Of a DNA stretch of 64,000 nucleotides, positions 29,101 through 37,736 are shown piece after piece. The notes under the pieces were generated by a model. That model saw nothing but the letters and a program-made list of their open reading frames with translations. It made no database searches and was not told where the DNA came from. The position numbers and the translations under genes were made by a program. Each line of letters starts with the position of its first letter. Position 1 is the stretch's first letter. Location: contig JBBRPR010000014.1 in NCBI GenBank assembly GCA_038227875.1, forward strand, positions 47,454-111,453, in the 5' to 3' direction. Origin of the DNA: Planctomycetota bacterium (GTDB taxonomy: Bacteria > Planctomycetota > SZUA-567 > H5-PLA8).

Positions 29101-29431
29101 ACAGACGGTGACCGTCGACGTGGGTGGCAACGTTCAGACCTTCACGCTGAATGCGCGGGGTCAAGGCCGCAGCGGAGCCAGTTCCTTCAGTCTCCGCGCG
29201 CGAATGAAGGGCAATTCAAAAGTGACAGCCGACTACGAAGCGCCGATCAAGATCGTGTTGAGCGGAGAATTGGGGACGGCGCTGCGTGCGAATTCCAGCC
29301 TCGATGCGCAGGGGTTCCCGACACGCGTGACAGTGCTGGTGCAGTTTAACGGTGGATATTTTGGAGACTCCGCACCGCTGAAATTCAAAGTCGGACCCAA
29401 CGGTGTCGCGACGGCGAAGGGAAAATTCTGA
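23144..29431 (+). CDS. giant exported adhesin-like protein (cadherin-like VNDAP modules, 7-8 He_PIG domains, Ig-like, PKD)
   Basis: GGAGGAG lies 6 nt before ATG 23144. Signal peptide MLHLPSRVHPVTLTALFSFCFFAAIPAWGA. VNDAP/VNDPP boundaries. Tandem ~92-aa units ending ...NGTATLSGTPxxGTGGVY...QNFTLTVNEAP. YQWY Ig-like domain. PKD signature VTWNFGDGSTATGSSAIHIYTAPGTYTVTTTLTD. Confidence 0.85.
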   Translation: MLHLPSRVHPVTLTALFSFCFFAAIPAWGASAPPFRVPQLPTNGQQPGPIATLGNGYIAIPYQDLSNPALFNQVGVSVFDTNGVRVGAEIIDPTALNYSPAAVAGSASNTFWVVSDVFDLNNPPGMGNFTRIIATLYTVSGNTVTRGVVKTIVDDSFDGSDDESVSVARLANGNYVVAWGHTSADFGSGSTQTRTFDSNFAPLSPRTTISSGATSTPFTFEVSVTSNGTNVDVTYKPNSNTGIYGVAFTVNSGGAISGISAPVNVSAALGGNQSWGHQELPDGTIVVLYNTPQVGATGGDMYGAIFGAGFSGTPSTFLIATGTPVPPNGVYQPVSAQATLFPNGGFIVTYARPTGGHQAEIYARFYDSNHAPLTNEFLVTVPQGTPANGVENLRPYVTSGVAGGGGLAIAWMTMDFTASSNPNTDVYARVYADIGPTSSGGTSSLAAALEDSNPTGASVSSLITGNQYKSMLNHPFAGVAVVGNAATAPQGQWQYSSNAGASWSSVATTVSATNATIIGAGDLIRFQPSSNWNGTPGALTVRVWDGQDGFVADSTAQNISQYIFDTSGITQTTASFTGAFAGTTVFFATSITAVNDAPMTTGSAVTLTAINEDTLNPAGQAVSSAVAALFSDATDAVAGGSSANTLAGIAISGNAEAGEGTWQWFNGSSFVNVGTSVSNSSALILAAGTTVRFVPALNFNGAAPQLTARLIDNSSGAVTAGSTVNFVATGTGGTTPYSAATFGIGEVINPVNDPPVLVNTATPVAATEQTAALLSSTITVSDVELDALNGGAGDYAGATLTVARLVGQMPEDVFGFDPAGAGFTISSGNLQSGGLSFGSFTSGSGVLNITFTSSGTAATQALVRSVLQHITYTNTSDDPPATVSFTYVFHDGNTGSQGSGGTLVGQAVAVVNIAGVNDAPWVTVPLGIQTALKEADAPIVGIVCYDLDAGAGSITATLFVSHGTLNVVASGGASITGNSTGTLTISGTLTQVNTALTAFNNFLYHGNAGYTGVDQVSINVNDNGNTGAGGPLQAQGSITLYVVEPVTVTSGNLATFTVGLPGTFTVTTSASFPTAALSEVGALPAGVTFVDNGDGTATLSGTPGPGTGGVYPLVIAALNGVPPVALQNFTLSVNQAPTFTSANAFSFVAGQLGQFYVTTGPDYPTATTLTCAEPLPIGLHFHDLHNGTAFLVGIANAGTGGVYTLHFTASNGVAPDATQTFTLTVYEAPTISSVDSATFTAGVAGTFTVTTAHCYPVASFMLMPSLPAGLNFVDAGDGTATISGTPASGFSGIHPQLILANNGVSPLGAQTLILTINEGPSITSNTTTTFTVGSLGQFTITTGLHFPLNTVLSCSGALPAGVHFIDDSDGTGRLIGIPSAGTGGAYSLTLTASNGIVPDGTQTFTLVVREAPRISSADTAMFTASQAGTFTITTDRGYPAPALSITGALPSGVSCVDAGNGTATLSGTPAAGTGGVYSVTITAQNGISSNATQNFTLTVNEAPSFTSANAATFVAGAAHTFTVTTGHAYPAAVTVSSSGTLPTGVTFTDNGNGTATLAGTPADGTGGLFSLPFTASNGIAPDATQNFILTVNEAPTITSANGATFAVGSAGSFTITTGHCYPVPALSQLGFLIPNLSVVDRGDGTATLSGTPAAETAGVFTFTLVASNGVAPDAHQVFFLIVNVPTITVSPTTLKKGTVGTPYSQTVSAAGAGSVAPYSFAVSSGALPGGLNLSSAGVISGTPTTKGVFTFTVQATDSSGGSGPYQGASAVTILIDERTPPVVTQQPSGISIFTGMTATLTVAASGQSLSYQWYQGGSGDTSQPVAGATGNAFTTPAQTVTTSYWVRVSNSGGFTDSNAALVTVVPPPLINGGSPSGEVGTGGPIINAQMPFSVDVPGGTTVTWNFGDGSTATGSSAIHIYTAPGTYTVTTTLTDPSGQQTAQTSTIVIKPTPMRITSGNFILNSGNDRAILTGLVHVAGGSVLNQQTVTVDVGGNVQTFTLNARGQGRSGASSFSLRARMKGNSKVTADYEAPIKIVLSGELGTALRANSSLDAQGFPTRVTVLVQFNGGYFGDSAPLKFKVGPNGVATAKGKF
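26279..28210 (+). repeat. seven tandem ~276-285-bp coding repeats (He_PIG-type domains) inside the giant CDS
   Basis: Successive units start at VTVTSGNLATFTV, ANAFSFVAG, VDSATFTAG, NTTTTFTVG, ADTAMFTAS, ANAATFVAG, ANGATFAVG. They are divergent at the DNA level but collinear at the protein level. Confidence 0.8.
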
Positions 29432-29481
29432 GGCCATTATTGACCACGGTGCGCTGGGGTCAGCGCAGCGGTGACGGACAG

Positions 29482-29521
29482 GTCAGGAAGAAATTCTCGC
29501 AGCTGAGAATTTCTTCCTGAC
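29482..29521 (+). terminator. perfect 17-bp hairpin after the giant CDS
   Basis: GTCAGGAAGAAATTCTC-GCAGCT-GAGAATTTCTTCCTGAC, 50 nt after the stop at 29431. There is no clear T-run. A lower-GC promoter-like region follows, up to the hydrogenase operon. Confidence 0.6.
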
Positions 29522-29686
29522 GTTGAGAACGTTAAAATTTATGCAGTGGGGATGGCTCAAATTACAAAGATCAAATCGAACTGGACTTGCATGTAATTTC
29601 AGGCACAAACACGGCTGGCACTTTATGTGCACATCCCGATCACAGCAGATGCACGTCAAAACGTTCAACTCCTGGCAGGATGAACC

Positions 29687-30832
29687 GTGTCGAACCTGTG
29701 TAAAGTCGGCGAGAACTGGGTGCTGTCGCGAGCGAAGCTCCAGGGCTTAATCGATGCGCTGACGGGCAGCGGGTACCAGGTGATCGCACCCACGGTTCGC
29801 GATCAGGCTATCGTCTACGACCGGATTTTCAACGAGCGCGAATTGCCGGTGGGCTTCACCGACGAACAGGACGGCGGGAAGTACCGCCTCAAGCGGCGCA
29901 GCGACGAGTCCGTGTTTGGATTCGCTGTCGGGCCGACCTCGTGGAAGCGGTTTTTGCATCCGCCCATTTTTAAACTCTGGGGCGCTGCGAAAACGGACGT
30001 CGGCATCGCCTTCAAACCCAACACGGATCCCGTGCCGAAGTACGCTTTTCTGGGCGTGCGGGCGTGCGAACTTCAGGCCATCGGTGTTCAAGATCGCGTG
30101 TTCATGACGCCGCCGTTTATCGATTCGGTTTACGCTCAGCGCCGCGAACTGGCGTTGATCGTAGCGTTGAATTGTTCGATGTCGGGCGGGACGTGTTTTT
30201 GTGCGTCGATGAACACCGGACCGAAAGTCAGCTCCGGCTACGACCTGGCGCTGACGGAACTGCTCGGCGGCGGCGCGCACAACTTTCTGCTGCATGTCGG
30301 TTCGGAAAAAGGCGCGCAGATCGCGTCGCAGCTCGAACTGGAGCCGGCCACCGCCACGCACACCAACGCCGCGGACGCGGTCGTCGCGCACACGGCCAGC
30401 ACGATGGGCCGTCAGCTGGATATCAGTGGCGTAAAGGAATTGCTGGCGTCGAATCTGGAGCACCCTCGCTGGGATGCCGTCGCGGCGCGCTGCGAATCGT
30501 GCGCAAATTGTACGATGGTTTGCCCGACCTGCTTCTGTACGACGGTTGAGGACGTGACCGATCTGGCCGGACAGAATACCGAGCACCAGCGGCGCTGGGA
30601 TTCGTGCTTCACGTCTGATTTTTCGCACGTTCACGGCGGCAGCGTGCGGCAGAGCACCAAGTCGCGCTACCGCCAGTGGCTGACGCACAAGCTCTCGACG
30701 TGGCACGATCAGTTTGGAACTTCCGGCTGTGTGGGTTGCGGGCGCTGCATCACGTGGTGTCCGGTGGGCATTGATCTGACCGAGGAAGTGCGTGCCATTC
30801 GCGAAGAACCGAAAGCGGAGGCGAAAGCGTAA
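29687..30832 (+). CDS. hydB: [NiFe]-hydrogenase group-3b-type beta subunit (4Fe-4S dicluster protein)
   Basis: [16 protein letters not shown] and [12 protein letters not shown] ferredoxin-type motifs. It is ~380 aa and the first gene of a beta-(cNBD)-gamma-delta-alpha array, like sulfhydrogenase hydBGDA. GTG start. Confidence 0.75.
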   Translation: MSNLCKVGENWVLSRAKLQGLIDALTGSGYQVIAPTVRDQAIVYDRIFNERELPVGFTDEQDGGKYRLKRRSDESVFGFAVGPTSWKRFLHPPIFKLWGAAKTDVGIAFKPNTDPVPKYAFLGVRACELQAIGVQDRVFMTPPFIDSVYAQRRELALIVALNCSMSGGTCFCASMNTGPKVSSGYDLALTELLGGGAHNFLLHVGSEKGAQIASQLELEPATATHTNAADAVVAHTASTMGRQLDISGVKELLASNLEHPRWDAVAARCESCANCTMVCPTCFCTTVEDVTDLAGQNTEHQRRWDSCFTSDFSHVHGGSVRQSTKSRYRQWLTHKLSTWHDQFGTSGCVGCGRCITWCPVGIDLTEEVRAIREEPKAEAKA

Positions 30833-30834
30833 TC

Positions 30835-31338
30835 ATGGAGACACTCGAGCCGATTCTTTCCGAACATCCATTTTTCAAAGACCTGCCGCAGTCGTATCTG
30901 CATCTGATTACGGGCTGCGCGTCGAATACCACGTTTGAGGAAGGGGAATTCATTTTTCGGGAAGGACACGAAGCGAATAATTTCTATCTGCTCCGCCAGG
31001 GCCGCGTGGCGCTGGAAATTTCCGTTCCCTCGCACGCACCGATTGTGCTCAAGACGCTGGACGCCGGGGAGATCCTGGGCTGGTCGTGGCTGGTCTCTCC
31101 CTACCATTGGATGATGGACGCACGCGCGGTGGAATTGACGCGCGCCATCGCACTGGACGGACCGTGCCTGCGCAAGAAATGCGAAGCCGACGGTGCTCTG
31201 GGCTACGATCTGCTGAAACGCTTTGCGCACGTCATGGAGCAGGAACTTCAGGCGGCGCGGTTGCAGTTGATTGATGTCTACGGCCGGCCCACGGCTCCGG
31301 CTGCGCCTGGCGCCATCGGAAAGGAGCGGAAAGCATGA
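30835..31338 (+). CDS. stand-alone cyclic-nucleotide-binding (CAP effector-type) domain protein, no HTH
   Basis: [51 protein letters not shown]...[12 protein letters not shown] is a cNMP-binding beta-barrel pattern. At only 167 aa it has no DNA-binding domain. Start is 3 nt after the hydB stop; its stop overlaps the hydG start (ATGA). Confidence 0.8.
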   Translation: METLEPILSEHPFFKDLPQSYLHLITGCASNTTFEEGEFIFREGHEANNFYLLRQGRVALEISVPSHAPIVLKTLDAGEILGWSWLVSPYHWMMDARAVELTRAIALDGPCLRKKCEADGALGYDLLKRFAHVMEQELQAARLQLIDVYGRPTAPAAPGAIGKERKA

Positions 31339-32174
31339 GCTGCGTTTCCGATCCGATGCTGCCGAAGTCTTTCCGCGTCAGCCGCGTGAAGACCGAGACC
31401 GCCGATACGTTCACGCTGGATCTGCATCCGCAGGATGATGCCGCCATGGGCATGGCTTTTGAGCCCGGGCAATTCAACATGCTCTACGTTTTCGGCCAGG
31501 GTGAAGTGCCGATTTCGATCAGCGGCGATCCGGCTCAACCGAACACGCTGGTACACACCATTCGCGCAGTCGGCGGCGTGACGGAAGCGCTGCAGCGTTG
31601 CCGCAAAGGTGACATGATCGGCGTACGTGGGCCGTTTGGTACGCCGTGGCCGGTCAGCGCCGCACACGGGAAGGACGTAATCATCGCCGCGGGCGGGCTG
31701 GGGCTCGCGCCGCTGCGCCCGGTGGTCTACCAGGTGTTGAACACGCGCGAAAAGTTCGGCAAGGTGACGCTGCTTTACGGAACGCGGTCGCCCGACGACA
31801 TTTTGTTCGAAAAGGAATTGGAGAAGTGGCGCGGGCGCTTCGATTTCGACGTTCACGTTGCCGTGGCGACCGCGACGCCGAAGTGGCGCGGCATCGTCGG
31901 CTTCATCACGGCGTTGATTCCGAAAGCGAATTTCGACCCGGCCAACGCCGCGGTCTTCGCCTGCGGTCCGGAATTGATGATGCGCGTGACGGCCAACGAA
32001 TTCATCAAGCGCGGCGTGCCGCTGAATCAGACCTTTGTTTCGATGGAACGGAACATGAAATGCGCTGTGGGATTCTGTGGCCATTGCCAGCTTGGTCCCA
32101 CCTTCATCTGCAAGGACGGGCCGGTCTTTCCGTACAACCGCATCCGCGATTTGATGCTCGTGAGGGAGCTCTGA
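31335..32174 (+). CDS. hydG: hydrogenase gamma subunit (FAD/NAD(P)-binding, 2Fe-2S; PyrK-like)
   Basis: Ferredoxin-reductase-like fold: FTLDLHP..., [18 protein letters not shown]-terminal cluster motif [23 protein letters not shown]. Confidence 0.85.
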   Translation: MSCVSDPMLPKSFRVSRVKTETADTFTLDLHPQDDAAMGMAFEPGQFNMLYVFGQGEVPISISGDPAQPNTLVHTIRAVGGVTEALQRCRKGDMIGVRGPFGTPWPVSAAHGKDVIIAAGGLGLAPLRPVVYQVLNTREKFGKVTLLYGTRSPDDILFEKELEKWRGRFDFDVHVAVATATPKWRGIVGFITALIPKANFDPANAAVFACGPELMMRVTANEFIKRGVPLNQTFVSMERNMKCAVGFCGHCQLGPTFICKDGPVFPYNRIRDLMLVREL

Positions 32175-32179
32175 TCCCC

Positions 32180-32962
32180 ATGTCACGCGCTCATCGAAAA
32201 CCCAAACTGGCGGTCTGGAAATTCGCTTCCTGCGACGGCTGCCAGCTTTCGCTGCTCGACTGCGAAGACGAACTGCTCGCGATTGCCGGCGAGATCGAGA
32301 TCGCCAACTTTGTCGAAGCGTCGCGGGCCGTGGTGAAAGGTCCGTACGACCTCTCGCTGGTGGAAGGCTCGATCACCACAGGGCACGACGAGGCGCGGAT
32401 TCAGCACGTGCGGAAAATGTCGAAGCATCTGGTCACTATCGGCGCGTGTGCGACGGCCGGCGGGATTCAGGCGCTGCGCAATTTCAAGGATGTGAAGGAA
32501 TTCACGTCGATTGTTTACGCCAAGCCGGAGTACATCGAAACGCTGGCGACGTCGACCCCGATCTCCGCTCACGTCCGCGTGGATTTCGAGCTGCGCGGCT
32601 GCCCGATCAACAAAACTCAATTGCTGGAAGTGCTGACCGCGTTTCTGCACGGCCGGCGGCCCAACATTCCCGACCAGAGCGTGTGCATGGAATGTAAATT
32701 GAAGGGCAACGTCTGCGTCATGGTCGCGCACGGTACGCCGTGCCTGGGACCGGTGACGCACTCGGGCTGCGGAGCGCTGTGCCCGTCGTACGACCGGGGT
32801 TGTTACGGCTGCTTCGGGCCGAAGGAGAACGCCAACACGGCCGCGCTGGGCACATGGCTGCACGACAAGGGCATGCCGCACGCCGACATCATGCGCAGCT
32901 TTCAGACCTACAACGCCGCCGCCACGCCGTTCCGAAAGGAAAGCGAAGCGCATGAAGAGTAG
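32180..32962 (+). CDS. hydD: [NiFe]-hydrogenase small (delta) subunit, NuoB/20-kDa-like
   Basis: [30 protein letters not shown]-terminal Cys-rich [11 protein letters not shown]...[19 protein letters not shown]. No twin-arginine signal. The real start is ATG 32180, not the 31646 start given by the track. Confidence 0.85.
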   Translation: MSRAHRKPKLAVWKFASCDGCQLSLLDCEDELLAIAGEIEIANFVEASRAVVKGPYDLSLVEGSITTGHDEARIQHVRKMSKHLVTIGACATAGGIQALRNFKDVKEFTSIVYAKPEYIETLATSTPISAHVRVDFELRGCPINKTQLLEVLTAFLHGRRPNIPDQSVCMECKLKGNVCVMVAHGTPCLGPVTHSGCGALCPSYDRGCYGCFGPKENANTAALGTWLHDKGMPHADIMRSFQTYNAAATPFRKESEAHEE

Positions 32963-34241
32963 AACGATCAAGGTCGATTATCTCGCGCGCGTGGAAGGCG
33001 AAGGCAGCCTGCGCGTCAAGATTAAAGACAATGTGCTGAAGGATGTGCAGCTCAAAATTTTCGAGCCGCCGCGCTTTTTCGAAGCGTTTCTGCGCGGGCG
33101 CACGTACATGGAAGCGCCGGACATCACCGCGCGCATCTGCGGCATCTGCCCGGTCGCATATCAAATGAGCGCCGTGCATGCGATCGAAAGTGCGTTCGAC
33201 GTGAAGGTGCCGGAGCCGATCCGTCTACTGCGCCGTTTGCTGTACTGCGGCGAATGGGTTGAAAGTCATGCCTTGCACATTTACATGCTGCATGCGCCGG
33301 ACTTTTTGAATTTTGAAGACGCCGTGCAGATGGCCAAGAAATTTCCGGAGATCGTCAAGCGCGGCCTGCAGTTGAAGAAGGCCGGCAACGCGATTGTGGC
33401 GCTGCTTGGCGGGCGCGAGATTCACCCAATCAATGTCCGCGTGGGCGGATTCTACCGCACGCCGTCGCGCAACGAATTGCTCACGCTGCTGGATTCGCTG
33501 AAGTGGGCGCGCGACGCGTCCGTCGAAACCGTGCGCTTTGCGGCGACGCTGCCGTTTCCGGATTTCGAATGCGACTACGAATTTGTCTCGCTGAGGCACG
33601 AGAAGGATTATCCGTTCAGTGAAGGGAGCATTGTTTCCAACCGTGGCCTGAACATTGCGACAGATCAGTTCGATGCGCATTTTGCCGAGGAGCATGTCCA
33701 GCATTCCAACGCGCTCCACTGCTTGCTCAAAGAACGTGGTGCGTACTTTGTCGGGCCGATGGCACGGTACAATTTGAACTTCGATCGCCTCTCGAAGCTG
33801 GCGCGCGATGCCGCGATCGAGGCGAAGCTGGGGCCGGTTTGCAACAATCCATTCAAGAGCATTATCATTCGGAGCGTGGAGCTGGTGCAGGTGTTTGATG
33901 AGGCGATTCGCATCGTGGAAGGCTACGAGCCGCCGTCCGCTCCGTTTGTGGCGATGACGCCGCGGAAATCCGTCGGCTACGCGGCCACCGAAGCGCCGCG
34001 CGGCATGCTCGTGCATCGCTATGCGCTCGACGATGCGGGGATCATCACCGACGCGCGGATTGTGCCGCCGACGTCGCAGAATCAGAAGACCATCGAGAAT
34101 GACCTGTGGCAGTTCGTGCCGCGAAATCTCCACCTCAATAACGCCGATCTGACGTGGCGCTGCGAGCAGGCCATTCGAAATTACGATCCGTGTATTTCGT
34201 GTGCGACACATTTTCTCAAAATGGACGTGGAACGGAGCTGA
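32952..34241 (+). CDS. hydA: [NiFe]-hydrogenase large (alpha) subunit
   Basis: N-terminal LARVEGEG and [17 protein letters not shown] (CxxC Ni ligands). C-terminal [18 protein letters not shown] (CxxC-x2-H plus a short tail for endopeptidase cleavage). Confidence 0.9.
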   Translation: MKSRTIKVDYLARVEGEGSLRVKIKDNVLKDVQLKIFEPPRFFEAFLRGRTYMEAPDITARICGICPVAYQMSAVHAIESAFDVKVPEPIRLLRRLLYCGEWVESHALHIYMLHAPDFLNFEDAVQMAKKFPEIVKRGLQLKKAGNAIVALLGGREIHPINVRVGGFYRTPSRNELLTLLDSLKWARDASVETVRFAATLPFPDFECDYEFVSLRHEKDYPFSEGSIVSNRGLNIATDQFDAHFAEEHVQHSNALHCLLKERGAYFVGPMARYNLNFDRLSKLARDAAIEAKLGPVCNNPFKSIIIRSVELVQVFDEAIRIVEGYEPPSAPFVAMTPRKSVGYAATEAPRGMLVHRYALDDAGIITDARIVPPTSQNQKTIENDLWQFVPRNLHLNNADLTWRCEQAIRNYDPCISCATHFLKMDVERS

Positions 34242-34245
34242 CAAA

Positions 34246-37002
34246 ATGACTCATCAAGATACTCATCAAGATACTCATCAAGATACTCATCAAGATACTC
34301 ATCAAGATACTCATCAACTACGCCGGGCGCTGGATCCTATTTTCACCCCGCGCAGCGTCGCGCTGATCGGCGCGACGGAAAAGCCCGGCAGTGTCGGGCG
34401 TACGATATTGCAGAACCTGACGGGGGCGAATTTCTCCGGGCCGATCTATCCCGTGAATCCCAAGCGCGAGACCGTGTTGGGTTTCAAAGCGTATCCCTCG
34501 CTCACCAGCATCGGCAAGCCGGTCGATCTCGTCGTGATCGTGACGCCTGCAACCAACGTGCCGGCATTGATCGCCGAAAGCGTGGCGTGTGGCGTGCCCG
34601 GCGCGATCATTATCTCCGCGGGATTCAAGGAGACGGGGCCCGAGGGCGTGGAGCTCGAGCGCCAGGTTCGCGAGGCCGCGGCGGGGAAGATCCGCATCAT
34701 CGGCCCCAATTGCCTGGGCGTGATGAACCCGCTCACGGGTTTAAACGCGACGTTCGCCAGCACCATCGCGCGGCCGGGCAATGTCGGATTCATCAGCCAG
34801 AGTGGCGCGCTCTGCACCGCGATTCTGGACTGGAGCCTGCGTGAAAATGTCGGCTTCAGCGCGTTCGTCTCGACCGGCTCGATGCTCGACATCGGCTGGG
34901 GCGATCTGATCTACCATCTCGGCGACGATCCCAAAACCGAGAGCATCGTGATCTACATGGAGTCCGTCGGCGACGCGCGCAGTTTCATGTCCGCCGCGCG
35001 CGAAATCGCGCTGTCCAAGCCGATCATCGTGATCAAGGCCGGCCGGACGCAGGCCGCCGCCAAGGCCGCCGCGTCGCACACGGGCGCGCTGGCCGGCAGC
35101 AACGATGTGCTCGACGCCGCGTTCCGCCGGTGCGGCGTGCTGCGCGTAAACAACATTTCAGAACTGTTCGCGCTGGCGGCGACGCTGGCCAAGCAGCCGC
35201 GCCCGCGCGGTCCGCGACTGACGGTGCTCACCAACGCCGGCGGTCCCGGAGTACTCGCGACCGATGCGCTGATCAGCGCCGGTGGAACTCTTTCCGAATT
35301 GTCGACGCAGACCTCCGCTCAGCTCAATGCGATTCTGCCGTCGCATTGGAGCCACTCCAATCCGGTCGACGTGCTGGGCGATGCCGATCCCGAGCGCTAC
35401 GTGAAGGCCTTTGAAATCGCCGCGTGCGATGAGAACAGCGACGGCACATTGGTGATTTTGACGCCGCAGGCGATGACGAATCCCACCGGGTTTGCCGAAC
35501 GGATGGCCGGTGCGAAGCGGCCGGCGGGCAAGCCGGTGCTCGCCAGTTGGATGGGCGGCGATGACGTGGCCCCTGGCATCGAACTGCTCAACCGGGCCGG
35601 CATCCCCACCTTCTCCTATCCCGATGAAGCGGCGGAAGCGTTCGCGTACATGTGGCAGTACAGCGCCAATCTTCAGCGCTTGTATGAGACGCCTGAACTC
35701 AGCGCCGATGACCCGGCGGCGGCCAGTCCGCTGCCGCAGGTCGAATCATTGTTGACCTCCGCGCGGCGCGACGGCCGTACGTTGCTGACGGAAGTCGAAT
35801 CGAAACACCTGCTGCAGGCATACGGTCTGCCTGTGGTGGCGACGCATCTGGCGAGAACGGTTGACGAGGCGGTGACGTTCGCGGACTCACTGCGCTACCC
35901 TGTGGTGCTGAAACTGTATTCGCACACGATCACGCACAAGACGGATGTCGGCGGCGTGCAGTTAAATCTCGCCAGTTCCGAGGACGTGCGCCGCGCATTT
36001 GCGCTGATCGAACACAACGTGGCGACGCATGCGGGCCGCGAGCATTTCCAGGGCGTGACGGTGCAGCGTATGGAGAAGCTGGAAGGCTACGAGATCATCC
36101 TGGGCAGCAGCATCGATCCGCAATTCGGACCGGTGTTGTTGTTTGGCCTCGGCGGACAGCTGGTGGAAGTGTTCAAGGACCGCGCGCTCGCGCTTCCGCC
36201 GCTGACGACAACGCTGGCGCGGCAGATGATGGAACGGACGAAAATTTTCACCGCGCTGCAGGGTGTGCGCGGGCGCAAGGCCGTGGACCTGGCGAAGCTG
36301 GAACGCATTCTCGTGCGCTTCAGCCAGCTGGTGGCCGAACAGCCGCGCATCAAGGAACTGGATATCAACCCGCTGCTCGTGTCACCCGACAACATCGTCG
36401 CGCTGGACGCGCGCGTGGTGTTGCACGATTGGGCCGTGAACGATGCCGCGCTGCCGCGCACGGCGATCCGGCCGTATCCGCGCAAGTACGTCTCGGAATT
36501 TAAAACGAGCAATGGTATCGCGGTGACGGTGCGGCCGATCCGGCCCGAAGACGAACCGCTGATCGTACAGTTTCATGAAACCTTGTCTGAGCAGACTGTG
36601 CGGCTGCGCTACCTGCACAACTTGAAATTCGACGAACGCGTTGCGCACCAGCGGCTGATGCGCATCTGTTTCATCGATTACGACCGCGAGCTGTCGCTGG
36701 TCGCCGAGGTCAAGGATGCCGCGGGTCAGGCGCGGATTGTCGGCGTGGGCCGATTGAACAAACTGCACGGCGGAAATGCCGCGCACATTTATCTGGTGAT
36801 CTCCGATGCGTTCCAAGGGAAGGGTATCGGGCGCGAATTGACAACGCGAATGCTGCAGGCTGCCCGGGACGAGAAGGTTCAAACCGTGTTCGCGGAACTT
36901 CTGCCCGATGCCGCGGGGATGCAGAAGTTGTGCCGGACGTTTGGATTCAGCATTGCCCCGGCTCAATCCGGCGGAAACTTGTATGCGGAATTGGCGTTAT
37001 GA
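34246..37002 (+). CDS. Pat-type fusion: ADP-forming acyl/acetyl-CoA synthetase (CoA-binding + ATP-grasp) with C-terminal GNAT acetyltransferase
   Basis: CoA-binding [16 protein letters not shown]. Ligase-CoA loop [14 protein letters not shown]-grasp [18 protein letters not shown]...VVLK. C-terminal GNAT with [17 protein letters not shown] 34246 is 4 nt after the hydA stop. The stop overlaps the next start (ATGA). Confidence 0.85.
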   Translation: MTHQDTHQDTHQDTHQDTHQDTHQLRRALDPIFTPRSVALIGATEKPGSVGRTILQNLTGANFSGPIYPVNPKRETVLGFKAYPSLTSIGKPVDLVVIVTPATNVPALIAESVACGVPGAIIISAGFKETGPEGVELERQVREAAAGKIRIIGPNCLGVMNPLTGLNATFASTIARPGNVGFISQSGALCTAILDWSLRENVGFSAFVSTGSMLDIGWGDLIYHLGDDPKTESIVIYMESVGDARSFMSAAREIALSKPIIVIKAGRTQAAAKAAASHTGALAGSNDVLDAAFRRCGVLRVNNISELFALAATLAKQPRPRGPRLTVLTNAGGPGVLATDALISAGGTLSELSTQTSAQLNAILPSHWSHSNPVDVLGDADPERYVKAFEIAACDENSDGTLVILTPQAMTNPTGFAERMAGAKRPAGKPVLASWMGGDDVAPGIELLNRAGIPTFSYPDEAAEAFAYMWQYSANLQRLYETPELSADDPAAASPLPQVESLLTSARRDGRTLLTEVESKHLLQAYGLPVVATHLARTVDEAVTFADSLRYPVVLKLYSHTITHKTDVGGVQLNLASSEDVRRAFALIEHNVATHAGREHFQGVTVQRMEKLEGYEIILGSSIDPQFGPVLLFGLGGQLVEVFKDRALALPPLTTTLARQMMERTKIFTALQGVRGRKAVDLAKLERILVRFSQLVAEQPRIKELDINPLLVSPDNIVALDARVVLHDWAVNDAALPRTAIRPYPRKYVSEFKTSNGIAVTVRPIRPEDEPLIVQFHETLSEQTVRLRYLHNLKFDERVAHQRLMRICFIDYDRELSLVAEVKDAAGQARIVGVGRLNKLHGGNAAHIYLVISDAFQGKGIGRELTTRMLQAARDEKVQTVFAELLPDAAGMQKLCRTFGFSIAPAQSGGNLYAELAL
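34249..34320 (+). repeat. 12-bp tandem repeat (ACTCATCAAGAT x5 perfect + 1 imperfect) encoding (THQD)5-THQL
   Basis: Read directly: units at 34249, 34261, 34273, 34285, 34297, and an imperfect one at 34309. They lie at codons 2-25 of the Pat-type CDS. Confidence 0.95.
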
Positions 37003-37472
37003 ACGGCGCGCCGGACACGCTGGTGGTTGGCATCGGCAACGGATTTCGCGGCGATGATGCAGCCGGTCTGCTGGCGGCGCGGTTGCTCGCCCCCGGAGCG
37101 CCGGACGGCACGCGGGTGATCGAACACAACGGCGATGGCATGCTGCTGATGTCCGAATGGCAGCGTTTCCGGCGCGTGATCGTCATCGATGCGCTGCATG
37201 TCGCAGGCAATCCCGGCGAGATCCTGCGCTTTGATGCGAGTGAAAAACCACTGGCGATCAAGGGCGGGCATTCGTCGACGCACGCGCTGAGTATTGGCGA
37301 TACGATCGAGCTGGCGCGAACGCTGGGGGAACTTCCAGCGCAGATGATCGTGTACGGGATCGTCGGAGCGACTTTTGAAATCGGCGCGGCTCCTACGGTT
37401 GCGGTCTCAGAGGCGGTGAAGGTGCTGGCCGCTCGCGTGCGCGAGGAATTATTAGACGGAGGAAAAATTTGA
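36999..37472 (+). CDS. hydrogenase maturation endopeptidase (HycI/HoxW family)
   Basis: [18 protein letters not shown]...VIVIDAL...HSSTHALS pattern. ATG 36999 overlaps the upstream stop. Confidence 0.8.
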   Translation: MNGAPDTLVVGIGNGFRGDDAAGLLAARLLAPGAPDGTRVIEHNGDGMLLMSEWQRFRRVIVIDALHVAGNPGEILRFDASEKPLAIKGGHSSTHALSIGDTIELARTLGELPAQMIVYGIVGATFEIGAAPTVAVSEAVKVLAARVREELLDGGKI

Positions 37473-37736
37473 ATGCATGAATTTTCACTGATCAACGATT
37501 TGATGCGCAAGATCGCGGCGATCGCCACGGAGCAGAAGGCCGAGAAGGTCACGAGCGTCACCGTGCGGTTGGGGGCGCTGGCGCATATTTCCGCCGACCA
37601 TTTCCGCGAGCATTTTGTTCACGCCGCGCGGAATACCGTCGCCGATGGCGCGCAATTGAAAGTGCTGACGTCCACCGACGAGGCCGATCCGCGCGCGCAG
37701 GATATTCTTCTGGAGAGCGTGGACGTTGCGGACTGA
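37473..37736 (+). CDS. hypA: HypA-like nickel chaperone, short form without zinc-binding cysteines
   Basis: MHEFSL N-terminus (the MHE Ni-binding motif). VTSVTVRLGALAHISADHF is collinear with HypA. It is only 87 aa with zero Cys. The start directly abuts the protease stop (TGAATG). Confidence 0.65.
   Translation: MHEFSLINDLMRKIAAIATEQKAEKVTSVTVRLGALAHISADHFREHFVHAARNTVADGAQLKVLTSTDEADPRAQDILLESVDVAD

Noticed and set aside
29482-29521. Perfect 17-bp inverted repeat as MITE/IS terminal repeats
   Set aside because: The two arms are separated by only 6 nt. It is a single hairpin placed right after a stop codon, most simply a terminator.
29626-29644. CRP/FNR-like half sites TGTGC...TCACA upstream of the hydrogenase operon
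   Set aside because: The spacer is 9 nt rather than the canonical 6. The operon-encoded cNMP-binding protein has no DNA-binding domain. The evidence is too weak to call.
31646-32962. 438-aa version of the hydrogenase small subunit ORF
   Set aside because: The first 178 codons overlap hydG in another frame and translate to Arg-rich nonsense. The conserved small-subunit sequence begins at ATG 32180, 5 nt after the hydG stop.
32180-34241. Uptake-type (group 1/2) hydrogenase
   Set aside because: The small subunit is short (~260 aa) and lacks a Tat signal. The partner subunits are diaphorase-like (FeS beta, FAD/NAD gamma) and there is no cytochrome b. This fits a cytosolic bidirectional group 3 enzyme.
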